DNA of 64,000 nucleotides from Trueperaceae bacterium (GTDB lineage Bacteria; Deinococcota; Deinococci; Deinococcales; Trueperaceae): the NCBI GenBank assembly GCA_034521815.1, contig JAXHLW010000013.1:1120001-1184000 (forward strand), given 5' to 3'. This document shows, piece by piece, positions 49,647-59,111 of the stretch. A program made the translations under genes and the position numbers. The notes under the pieces are model-generated. The model saw only the letters and a list, made by a program, of their open reading frames with translations. It searched no databases and was not told where the DNA came from. The stretch's first letter is position 1. Every line of letters begins with the position of its first letter.

Positions 49647-50780
49647 CTAGCGCGAGCGGTCCCGGATGACGCCGCCACCCAGGAGACGATCTCCGTCGTA
49701 GAGAACCAGCGACTGACCGATCGTGACCGCGAACTGCGGTGCGTCGAAGCGGACGGAAAGCGTGTCGCCCGCGAGCTCCAGCTCCGCCGGAACGGGGGCC
49801 TGCCGGTAGCGCACCTGCGCCATGACCCGCGTCGGCAGCTCGTCCGGATCGCACAGCAGGTTCACACGGTCAGCGCTCAAGGTCGACCAGGCGCACATCT
49901 CCCGGGGGCCGACGACGACCGTGTTCGTGTCCGGCTCGAGGTCGATCACGAAGCGTGGCTCGTGCGACTTGAACAGCCCCAAGCCGCGCTTCTGGCCGAT
50001 CGTATAGAACTGGACGCCGTCGTGACGCCCGACGACCTCGTTGTCGCGCGACGCGTCGACCACCGGTCCCGGTCTCGCTTCGCTGTTGCGCTGAAGGTGG
50101 TCCTGGACCGAGTCCGCGACGAAGCACAGTCCCGAAGAGCTCTTCTTGTACGCGGTAGCGAAGCCGCGCTCGGCCGCCATCCGACGGACCGCGGGCTTCG
50201 TCATCTCCCCCAGCGGAAAGAGCAGGTAGGGCAGCACCTCGCGCGGCAGCGCCCACAAGAAGTAGGTCTGATCCTTGTCGTCGTCCAGGCCGCGGTGCAG
50301 CTCCACGCCCCGGGCGCCGTCGACCCGGCGGACGAAATGGCCGGTCGCCAGGAACGACGCACCAAGCGCCTGCGCGCGAGCCGCCAGCCGACCGAACTTG
50401 ATCTCGCGGTTGCACCAGACGCACGGATTGGGCGTCTCGCCCGCCTCGTAGCTGGGTACGAACGGCTCGACGACCACCTTCTCGAACGTCTCGCGCGCGT
50501 CGAGCATGTAGAACGGGACGTCCAGACCGTCGGCGATGCGCCGCGCGTCGTACGCGGCTTGCGGACTGCAGCACAGGTCGTACGCACCCGCCTCGCGGTC
50601 GTCCGGCCAGAACCGCAGCATCGAGCCCACCACCTCGAACCCCTGGTCGTGCAGCAACGACGCCGCGACGGACGAGTCCACGCCTCCCGACATGGCGACG
50701 AGCACCTTCGGGCGGTCGGACGCGTCGGCCGACGAGGCGGAGCGTGAGGAGGCGGGGTCGGTGGGCACGTCGATCATCAC
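49647..50780 (-). CDS. mnmA: tRNA 2-thiouridine(34) synthase
   Basis: VAMSGGVDSSV, TPNPCVWCN, ATGH, KDQTYFL, YTIGQKRGLG, VRYRQ. Confidence 0.95.
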   Translation of the reverse strand: MMIDVPTDPASSRSASSADASDRPKVLVAMSGGVDSSVAASLLHDQGFEVVGSMLRFWPDDREAGAYDLCCSPQAAYDARRIADGLDVPFYMLDARETFEKVVVEPFVPSYEAGETPNPCVWCNREIKFGRLAARAQALGASFLATGHFVRRVDGARGVELHRGLDDDKDQTYFLWALPREVLPYLLFPLGEMTKPAVRRMAAERGFATAYKKSSSGLCFVADSVQDHLQRNSEARPGPVVDASRDNEVVGRHDGVQFYTIGQKRGLGLFKSHEPRFVIDLEPDTNTVVVGPREMCAWSTLSADRVNLLCDPDELPTRVMAQVRYRQAPVPAELELAGDTLSVRFDAPQFAVTIGQSLVLYDGDRLLGGGVIRDRSR

Positions 50781-50871
50781 GGCCGCTCATGGTAGCCGAC
50801 ATGGCCCGGCGGTACGGGCGACGCAGGCGACGATGGCGACGAGGTTGGTATCCTCGCAGCGGAGGTCGAGC

Positions 50872-51249
50872 GTGAGGATCGTACGCATCGTTCAGATCGT
50901 GATCCTGATCATCGCCGTCGTGTACGTCGCGGTCGTGCAGAACGCCAATCCCGACGGGCTGTCGCTGCCGGGCTTGTTGCCGCTTCCGGTATGGCTCGTC
51001 GTAAGCCTGACCGCCATCGTCGCGTTCCTGGCCGGCTGGCTCCCCGCGACCGTGCGCGCATGGAGGCTCGGGCGGGACGTGAGCCGGCTCGAACGCCGGG
51101 TCGCCGATCTCGAGTCGCACGTCCCCAGCTACGATCGCGTGCGAAGCGCGCCCGTCATCCCGGATCGTGCCCCGCCGGCCATGACGGACGAAAGCGAAGG
51201 CCAGCGGAGAACCACGGACCCCGACGACGCCGAGCGTACGGACGGGTGA
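50872..51249 (+). CDS. LapA/DUF1049-like small membrane protein
   Basis: TM-QN-TM followed by a coiled coil (VSRLERRVADLE); GGAGG RBS; stop overlaps the recJ start. Confidence 0.7.
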   Translation: MRIVRIVQIVILIIAVVYVAVVQNANPDGLSLPGLLPLPVWLVVSLTAIVAFLAGWLPATVRAWRLGRDVSRLERRVADLESHVPSYDRVRSAPVIPDRAPPAMTDESEGQRRTTDPDDAERTDG

Positions 51250-53481
51250 CGGCCGACGTCATCGGCGTTTCGCCGGCGGAGGTCGCTCATGAGACGCCGG
51301 ACCGGCCGCACGTTCGTTGGAGCGCACGCCCGGCGGCGCCCCCGGCCGACGTCGAGCGGATCGTCACCCGTTTGGGCGTCCCACCGCTGCTCGCCTCGGT
51401 GCTGTGGGCCCGCGGCCTCGCGGGGGACGAGGCGCAACGAGCGCTCGATGCTCCTCTCGCCCCGTCACGGATTCCGACGCTCGACGCCGCCGCCGATCGG
51501 CTGGCCCAGGCGCTCGAGCAGGGCGAGCGCGTCCTGGTGCACGGCGACTACGACGCCGACGGCATCACGGGCACCGCGATCCTGGTGCTCGGCTTGCGCG
51601 CGCTGGGTGGCCGCGTCGAGCCGTTCTTACCGAACCGTCTGACCCACGGCTACGGCGTCCATCCCGACCTCGTGGACCGTCACGCCCAACGGTGCGATCT
51701 GTTCATGACCGTCGACTGCGGCATCACCAACGTCGCCGAGGTCGCGCGTCTCGCCTCGAGCGCCACGGACGTGATCGTGACCGATCATCACACGCCCGGC
51801 GACCGACTCCCGGACGCCCTGATCGTTCATCCGCGACTATCTGCGGACGGCCGCGCCGGCCCGGCCACCGGCCCGGGCGAGCCGACCGGCGCCGGCGTCG
51901 CGTTTCACCTGTTGTGGCGGCTGCACACCCGCTTGGGGCTCGAGGACCCGCTGGCGTACGTGGATCTCGCCACGATCGGCACGGTGGCCGATGTGGCGCC
52001 GCTGCTGGGCGAAAACCGTGCTCTGGTGCGTGAAGGCCTGGCGCGGATGGAGGCGTCCGCGTGGCCGGGCGTTCGAGCGATGATGAAGCAATCCAAGGTG
52101 AAGGGGGCGCCGACCGCGCGAGACGTCGCGTTCACGCTCGCGCCCCGGCTGAACGCGGCAGGCCGACTGGGCGAGCCCGAACGCGGCCTGGAGCTTCTGA
52201 TCAGCGGTAGCGAACGAAAGGCGCGCGAGCTGGCCGTCTACCTCGACGCGCGCAACGACGAGCGCAGACGGATCCAGGACGAGATGTTCGAAGCGGCCCT
52301 TCGGCAGGTGGACGTCGCCGCTCCGGCGATCGTCGTGGCCGACGACGCGTGGCACCCCGGCGTGATGGGCATCGTCGCCAGCAAGCTGCTCGAGCGCTTC
52401 TACCGGCCGACGTTCATCATGGCGCGGGGGCAGGGCAGCGTGCGCAGCACGCCGGGCATCTCGGCCGTCGAAGCGCTGCGGTCGACCGCCGGCGAGCTCG
52501 TGCGCTACGGCGGTCACGAGGCCGCGGCCGGCTTCGCGATCCAGGCCGAGCGGATCTCGGCGTTTCGCGATGGAATCTACACGTTCGTCGCCGCCCATCC
52601 CCAGCCGACTCCGGAGATCACGGCAGACGCGCTTCTCAGCCCGCAGCAGGTCGACGAGGACCTGTGGCGGGCCGTTCAGCAGCTCGAGCCGTTCGGAGAG
52701 GGCCACCCCGCGCCACGCTTCGCGCTGTGCGACGTGCTCGAGGCCTCGCGGGCCGTGGGTCGCGACGGCCGCCACCTGCAGCTGCGGGTGCGCGACGTCA
52801 AAGGCGTGGCGTGGAACCTCGGCGACCGCGCGGCGGCGCTCCGACCCGGCATCGCGGTGCAAGCGGCCGCGACGCTGAGCGAGAACGTGTGGAACGATCG
52901 ACGCTCGATCGAGTTCGTTGCGGAGGACGTGCGCAGCGCAGCTCCGCTGCGTCTCACCGTCGGGCCGGGCGCGGCGCGTCAGCTGCAGCCGCCTGCCGGC
53001 CGGACGCATCGGATCGCACGGGGACGACCGGACGTGGCTGGCGCGGGCAAGGTGCTGTCGCGCCTGCCGCTGGGCGACGATCCGCTGCGGGCGCACGAGC
53101 CGCTCGCGCGGCTGCTGGCGGACGAGGCGCCCATCTGGTTCGATCTGGACGCCGACGCCCAAGCGGCGGTCGTGCGTGCCGCCCGTCGCTACCCGACCGT
53201 GCACGACGTCCGGCGTGCCTGGCTCGCGATTCGGGCCGGGCGGCCCCCCGGTCTCGGACCGTGACGCGACGGCTCTGGCGCAGCGGATCCTGAACGAGCT
53301 CGATCTGCTCGACGAGCGCGGCCGTGCCCGCGCGGGCGCTCGCCGCGATCCGTACGGCTCCAGCACACTGGTCGCGGGTCTGCTCCAGCGGTACCGGCTC
53401 GAGACCGTGCTGAACGCCTACCGTCACCTGGACGATGTGGGCTTCGCGCGGACGGTGACGACGCTCTACACGTCCTCCTGA
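51246..53481 (+). CDS. recJ: Single-stranded-DNA exonuclease RecJ; apparent frameshift at the C6 run 53244-53249
   Basis: HGDYDADG, TVDCG, TDHH, GTVADV, APRLNAAGR, GGHEAAAG, LEPFG. The frame stops at 53264, but removing one C joins it to the 52918-53481 frame (RDPYGSSTL...). Confidence 0.9.
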
Positions 53482-53540
53482 CGACGCCGGCTCCTGGCGA
53501 CGCCTGCCGTGACGCTGAAACGCCGTGGCATACTGCCGCC

Positions 53541-56500
53541 ATGAACGCGAACGCTCGGACGTCACGGGATCCTTCGTCCCCTCTCGACGACGCTGCCTTG
53601 GCGGCCCTCGAGCGCGACCTGCGCGCCGAGGTTCGTGGCGAGGTGCGGTTCGACGACCGGGCACGGGCGCTGTACGCGACCGACGCCAGCCCGTACGAGA
53701 TCGCGCCGTTCGGGGTGGTGGTTCCTCTCGACCGCGACGACGTGATCGCCTGCGTGCGCGTCTGCGCGCGTCACCACGCGCCGGTGCTGCCCCGGGGCGG
53801 GGGCACGAGCCTGGCCGGGCAGGCGGTGGGTCGCGCCGTCGTGATCGACGTGAGCAAGCACCTCACCGGCATTCTCGAGGTGGACCCGGACGGCCGGACG
53901 GCGACGGTGGAGCCGGGCGTGATCCGCGACGCGCTGAACGACGCCGTGGCGGTGAACGGGCTGCAGTTCACCCCGGACGTGAGCACCACGAACCGCGCGG
54001 CGGTCGGCGGCATGGTCGCGAACAACTCCGCGGGCACGCGCTCGATCAAGTACGGCAAGTCGGTCGACCAGACGCTGGCGATGACCGTGGTGCTCGCCGA
54101 CGGCAGCGTCGTTCGGCTGGCCGAGCTGGACGACGCCAGCCTGGACGCGAAGTGCGCGCAGGACGATCTCGAGGGCGAGATCCACCGGACCGTGCGCCGG
54201 ATCGTGCGCGACCACGAGGACGAGATCCGCGCGCGCTACCCGAAGGTGATGCGGCGGGTGGGCGGATACAACCTCGACGAGTTCACCGCCGGACGGCCGT
54301 TCAACCTCGCGAAGCTGGTCGCAGGGTCGGAAGGCACGCTGGCCGTGATCCTGGACGTCACCGTCAAGCTCGATCCGGTGCCCAAGCGCCGGATGCTGGC
54401 GATGCTGCACTTCGCGAGCTTGAAGGCGTCGCTCGAAGCGGTTCCGTTCATCAATCGCCACGGGCCGTCGGCCGTGGAGCTCCTCGATCGCGGCCTGTTC
54501 GAGCTCGGTGGGCGGAACCCGTCGCTGAAGCCTCTGCTGGGGTGGCTCCAAGGCATGCCGGAAGCCGTGCTGATGGTCGAGTTCGACGGGGCGGACGAGG
54601 CCGAGGTGCGTCGCGGCCTCGAAGCGCTCCGCGCCGATCCCGAGATCGACCGGCGCGTCTACCACGTCCACGAAGCGTGGAGCGAGCCGGAACAGAAGCA
54701 GATCCTGCAGTTCCGCAAGGACGGCCTCGGGATCTACGCGACGGTGGAAGGTCGGCACAAGCCCACCCCGTTCATCGAGGACGCGGCCATCCCGCCAGAG
54801 CACCTCGCCGAGTACATCCCCGCCGTGCAGGCGCTCTGTCGCGATCTGGGGGTGGACACCGTGTTCTACGGGCACGCCTCGGTCGGCGTGATCCACACCC
54901 GTCCGCTCCTCGACCTCAAGACGGCGGAAGGGCTCGAGCTGTACGAACGGATCTCGGACGGCGCGTTCGCCCTGGTGCAACGGTACGGCGGCTCGTGGTC
55001 GGGGGAGCACGGCGACGGCCTGATCCGTAGTCAGAAGAACCGCGAGCTGTTCGGCGACCGGCTGTACGAGGCGTTCCGCGAGCTCAAGGCGGCGTTCGAT
55101 CCGCACGGGATCATGAACCCGGGCAAGATCACCGACGCGGCGCCGATGACGGAGAACCTGCGCTACGGCGCGGACTATCCGGCGGTGGCGCTCGACACCG
55201 TGTTCGACTTCGGCGAGGACGGTTTCCTGGGCGCCGTCGAGGCGTGCACCGGCGTCGGCGCCTGCCGCAAGGTGGACGTCGGCACGATGTGTCCGAGCTA
55301 CATGGCGACGCGGGACGAAGACCACTCGACCCGCGGCCGCGCGAACGTCCTGCGCGAGGCGCTGAACGGTCGGCTGCCCGGCGGGCTCACCTCGAAACAG
55401 GTGTACGACACCCTCGACCTCTGCCTCGAGTGCAAGGCGTGCAAGGCCGAGTGTCCCAGCAGCGTCGACATGGCGAAGCTGAAGTACGAGTTCCTGCAAC
55501 AGCACCACGACGTGCACGGCGTGCCGCTCGGGACGCTCGCGATCGCGAACGTCGCGCGCGTGGCTCCGGTCGGCCGAGCCCTCGCCCCGCTGGCCAACGC
55601 GCTGCTTCCCATGCCCGCCGTGCGCTGGATGATCGAGAAGGTCGTCGGTGTGGATCGTCGCCGCGAGCTGCCGGCGTACGCCGACGAGAGCCTGACGAGC
55701 TGGTTCCGTCGCCGAGGCGGCACGGCTTCGGCCCGGGGCGGCCGACGGAGCGACGACCCGGTCGCGGGCGACGGCCCGCGGCGGGTCGCGCTTTTCGCCG
55801 ACACGTGGACGATGTTCAACGACACCGGGCCGGGACGCGCCGCCGTCCGCGTGCTCGAAGCGCTGGGCTATCAGGTCGAGCTGGTGCCGTACGGCTGCTG
55901 TGGCCGACCCCAGATCAGCAAGGGGCTGTTGCGCGACGCGAAGCGCGCGGCCACCCGGAACGTGGAGCGTCTCGCGCCCTACGTCCGTGCAGGCGTTCCG
56001 GTCGTCGGACTCGAGCCGTCGTGCGTGACCGCCTTCACCGACGACTACCGCGACCTTCTGCCTGGCGACGACACGAACGCCGTCGCCGACCACGTCCGCA
56101 TGATCGACGTGTTCCTCGCCGGCGAGTGGACGCGCGGCCGCATCGACCCGGAGCAGGTGTTCCAGAAGTCCGACACCTCGCTGCTGTTCCACGGGCACTG
56201 TCAACAGAAGGCCGTCATGGGAACGGCTGCGGGGCGCGCCCTGCTGGGGTGGATCTCCGACGACGTCGAGGAGCTCGACGCAGGGTGTTGCGGCATGGCC
56301 GGAAGCTTCGGCTACGGCCACTACGACGTGTCGATGAAGATCGGGGAGCGACGGTTGTTCCCGGCCGTGCGCGAGCACGACGGCGAAACGGCGGCCAGTG
56401 GGTTCAGCTGCCGGCACCAGATCCACGACGGAGCGAACGTCCGGGCGCGTCACCTGATCGAGCTCTTGGCGGATGCGCTGATCGTGCCGGACCGACGCCC

Positions 56501-56594
56501 GCAGGCGGCGTCCGACGGGCACGGGCGGCGGTCAGGGGACCGGCAGGGCCTCAGCGCACCGGCGTCCGGGGGATCGCCGCCGGCAGTCGACTGA
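53541..56594 (+). CDS. FAD-linked oxidase fused to Fe-S/CCG domains (YdiJ/GlcD-F-like 2-hydroxyacid dehydrogenase)
   Basis: PRGGGTSLAGQ, GSEGTL, GEHGDG, CTGVGAC, CLECKACKAECP, CCG motifs. Confidence 0.9.
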   Translation: MNANARTSRDPSSPLDDAALAALERDLRAEVRGEVRFDDRARALYATDASPYEIAPFGVVVPLDRDDVIACVRVCARHHAPVLPRGGGTSLAGQAVGRAVVIDVSKHLTGILEVDPDGRTATVEPGVIRDALNDAVAVNGLQFTPDVSTTNRAAVGGMVANNSAGTRSIKYGKSVDQTLAMTVVLADGSVVRLAELDDASLDAKCAQDDLEGEIHRTVRRIVRDHEDEIRARYPKVMRRVGGYNLDEFTAGRPFNLAKLVAGSEGTLAVILDVTVKLDPVPKRRMLAMLHFASLKASLEAVPFINRHGPSAVELLDRGLFELGGRNPSLKPLLGWLQGMPEAVLMVEFDGADEAEVRRGLEALRADPEIDRRVYHVHEAWSEPEQKQILQFRKDGLGIYATVEGRHKPTPFIEDAAIPPEHLAEYIPAVQALCRDLGVDTVFYGHASVGVIHTRPLLDLKTAEGLELYERISDGAFALVQRYGGSWSGEHGDGLIRSQKNRELFGDRLYEAFRELKAAFDPHGIMNPGKITDAAPMTENLRYGADYPAVALDTVFDFGEDGFLGAVEACTGVGACRKVDVGTMCPSYMATRDEDHSTRGRANVLREALNGRLPGGLTSKQVYDTLDLCLECKACKAECPSSVDMAKLKYEFLQQHHDVHGVPLGTLAIANVARVAPVGRALAPLANALLPMPAVRWMIEKVVGVDRRRELPAYADESLTSWFRRRGGTASARGGRRSDDPVAGDGPRRVALFADTWTMFNDTGPGRAAVRVLEALGYQVELVPYGCCGRPQISKGLLRDAKRAATRNVERLAPYVRAGVPVVGLEPSCVTAFTDDYRDLLPGDDTNAVADHVRMIDVFLAGEWTRGRIDPEQVFQKSDTSLLFHGHCQQKAVMGTAAGRALLGWISDDVEELDAGCCGMAGSFGYGHYDVSMKIGERRLFPAVREHDGETAASGFSCRHQIHDGANVRARHLIELLADALIVPDRRPQAASDGHGRRSGDRQGLSAPASGGSPPAVD

Positions 56595-57738
56595 CGAACT
56601 CGTTGTTCAGGGCGCTCGAGAACTCGGCGAACGACGCGACCGAGATGGCGTTGCGCTTCTGGCGTCCGACGAGCACCACCTCGTCGCCCACGTCCACGCC
56701 GGGAATGCCGGTCACGTCCACCATCGTGACGTTCATGTTCACGAGGCCCACGACGCGCGCCTTGCGTCCGCGGATCAGCACGTGGCCACGGTTGGACAGC
56801 GACCTGGGGTAGCCGTCGGAGTAGCCGACAGGCAGAACGGCGACGACGGTGTCGCGCGGCGCCTGGTAGGCGGTGCCGTAGCCGACGAACTCGCCGGCTG
56901 CGACGTGCTTCAGGTCCATCACGTCGGTCTTCCAGGTGAGCACCCGCTTGAGCGGGTTGTCGCGTTCCCTGCCGATCTGCGCCAGGTGCATGTTGTAGAC
57001 GTCGGGGCTGGGCCAGAACCCGTACAGGGCCGTCCCGACTCGAACCAGGTCGTACACCGTCTCCGGAAACCCCAGCGCTGCGGCCGAGCAGGCCGCGTGG
57101 CGCAGCTTCGGCTCGAGGCCCGCCGCCCTCGCTCGACGCTCGAACGCCTCGAAGCTCCGCTGCTGTCGCACGATCCGGAACTGATTCGCGAGCGACTCGA
57201 TGCCGGCGAAGTGGGTGGCGAGACCCTCGAACGACAAGGCGTCCGGATTCTCGCGGAGCAGGCGCACGGCCTGGTCGAACGGCTGGTCGGTCAGGCCGGT
57301 GCGATGGCCTCCCGTCTCGACCTCGAGGTGGACGCGGGCACGCTTTCCGACGGTCCGCGCGACGGCGAGCGCCTTGCGAAGCCGGCCTACGTCGAACACG
57401 TAGAAGTCGATCTCGTGACCGATCACCCACGGAAGGTCCTCGGGGTAGAGGATCCCCATGATCATGATTCGGCTCTCGTGCCCGCGCGCCTTCACGACCT
57501 CGAGCGCCTCCTTGCTGGAGGCCACCGAGAAGTGTCGAAGGCCGGCGCGCTCGGCCATCGGGACGAACACCGCGATGCCGTGGCCGAAGGCGTTCGCCTT
57601 CACGACCGAGCTGATGATGGGCGAGGGACCGATCTTGCGCCGAAGAAACCGGACGTTGGCGGCCAGCGCCGACTGGCTGAGCGTGATTCTGGACGAGTGG
57701 CGGGGAGCGGACGTCACGCCCACGTCGACCGGATCCAT
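56551..57738 (-). CDS. alr: Alanine racemase
   Basis: VVKANAFGHG (PLP Lys), HLEVETGGHRTG, ATHFA, VRVGTALYG, VGYGTAY, PVGYSDG, VNMN. Start uncertain. Confidence 0.9.
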   Translation of the reverse strand: MDPVDVGVTSAPRHSSRITLSQSALAANVRFLRRKIGPSPIISSVVKANAFGHGIAVFVPMAERAGLRHFSVASSKEALEVVKARGHESRIMIMGILYPEDLPWVIGHEIDFYVFDVGRLRKALAVARTVGKRARVHLEVETGGHRTGLTDQPFDQAVRLLRENPDALSFEGLATHFAGIESLANQFRIVRQQRSFEAFERRARAAGLEPKLRHAACSAAALGFPETVYDLVRVGTALYGFWPSPDVYNMHLAQIGRERDNPLKRVLTWKTDVMDLKHVAAGEFVGYGTAYQAPRDTVVAVLPVGYSDGYPRSLSNRGHVLIRGRKARVVGLVNMNVTMVDVTGIPGVDVGDEVVLVGRQKRNAISVASFAEFSSALNNEFVSRLPAAIPRTPVR

Positions 57739-57758
57739 GCGCTGCAGGCTAGCACCGC

Positions 57759-59063
57759 TCACGTGCGTGCCAGGGGGACCGGTGCCGCGGGGCCGAGCAC
57801 CGCAAGCGTCTCGCCGGCGGCCCTGGCGGCGGCCAGCGCGGCGTCGCTGACGCGGAGCTCGGCCAGGTCGCCGGTATCGCGGATCCAGGCGACGCGCGCG
57901 CGCTTCGGATCGACGCCGCAGGTCGCGAGGGCGAGGCGCACGCAGGAAGCGGCGTCGGGCATGACGACGGGAAGGCGGGCCGAGGCCAGCGAGGTGCTGG
58001 TGATAGCGTTCGTCCAGGTGGCGACCGGGTCGATCGCGTCGGCGAACGAGCGGGGCACGACGTCGGCGTGACCCATGCCGATCGCGTTGCCCTCGCTCGC
58101 GTCGGTCAAGGAAAGCAGCGCGATCCGTGTGGGATCGGGCGGCTCGTGCAGGCCGGACGGATGGCGACCGGTGACGTTGGGGTCCATGCCCAGCCCGCTC
58201 ACGTCCTTGCCGGCGCGCTCGACGACGAGGAGGTCCAGCTTCTCGAACGGGAGGCGCGGCATGCGGCGCTTGGCGTCGCGGAGAAGCTCCGGCTCGCGCT
58301 CCGCGACCCACGCGCCGGGCACGGCCTCGATCCGGGCGGGTCGCCCCGAGGCGTCCTCGACCACGGCGACGCCGATCACGGGCGGATACGCGCGCAACAG
58401 CGCGTCACGCGCCTGCTCGAGCCGCGACGCGAACCCCTCGTACCCCTTCGCATGCAGCGCCGCGGCGCCGGGGCGCTTGCCGAGCCCGACGACCAGCATC
58501 TTCGTCAGCCCGGACTCGATTCGGCCTCGGAAGCCGGTGTGCGACTTCACCCGGTTCAGAACGACGATCGCGTCGGCCGAGAGCGCGACCTGCGAGGCGT
58601 GCAGCGCGGTTCCGTCCTCGAGTCGACCGATCACGGTCGTGGCGTCGTCGGCGTCGACGGTCGTCCCGGGCCGGACCAGCCCGTAATCGGTCAGGACGCG
58701 TGTCTGCCCTTCCGGCGTGCCGCCGCCGTGGCTGCCCATGGCGGGCATCAAGAACGGCGCCGCCCCCGCCGCGCGCAACGCCGAGAGGACGCCCGCCACC
58801 AGCTCCGGGTACGCTCCCAGGCCTCGACTTCCCAGCGCGACCGCCACGCGCGCGCCTGCGTCGAGGACCGTGTCCCTCAGCGCGTCGGCGACAGCGTTCG
58901 CTGCCGCCATCCCGGGATCGTGGAGCTCGGTGGGCACGACCGGCAGCCGCACGGGCGTCAGGTCGGGAACGTCGAGGTCGCGAATCGCGGCCGGAAGCAG
59001 GTCGTCAGGAACGACGACCTCGATGCGGCTGCGTCGGGGCGTCGCGGTCTCGTCAGCCGTCAT
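57759..59063 (-). CDS. DUF362/LarA-like (lactate racemase N-terminal domain) protein
   Basis: GSRG, PAMGSHGGGT, NRVKSHT.F, ESGLTKM..GLGK..GA..LH, GKDVSGLGMDPNVTGR, GNAIGMG.AD. Confidence 0.75.
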   Translation of the reverse strand: MTADETATPRRSRIEVVVPDDLLPAAIRDLDVPDLTPVRLPVVPTELHDPGMAAANAVADALRDTVLDAGARVAVALGSRGLGAYPELVAGVLSALRAAGAAPFLMPAMGSHGGGTPEGQTRVLTDYGLVRPGTTVDADDATTVIGRLEDGTALHASQVALSADAIVVLNRVKSHTGFRGRIESGLTKMLVVGLGKRPGAAALHAKGYEGFASRLEQARDALLRAYPPVIGVAVVEDASGRPARIEAVPGAWVAEREPELLRDAKRRMPRLPFEKLDLLVVERAGKDVSGLGMDPNVTGRHPSGLHEPPDPTRIALLSLTDASEGNAIGMGHADVVPRSFADAIDPVATWTNAITSTSLASARLPVVMPDAASCVRLALATCGVDPKRARVAWIRDTGDLAELRVSDAALAAARAAGETLAVLGPAAPVPLART

Positions 59064-59111
59064 GGCGGAAGCAAGACACGACACGCTCGGCCGTGTCAAG
59101 CGCAGCGCCGC

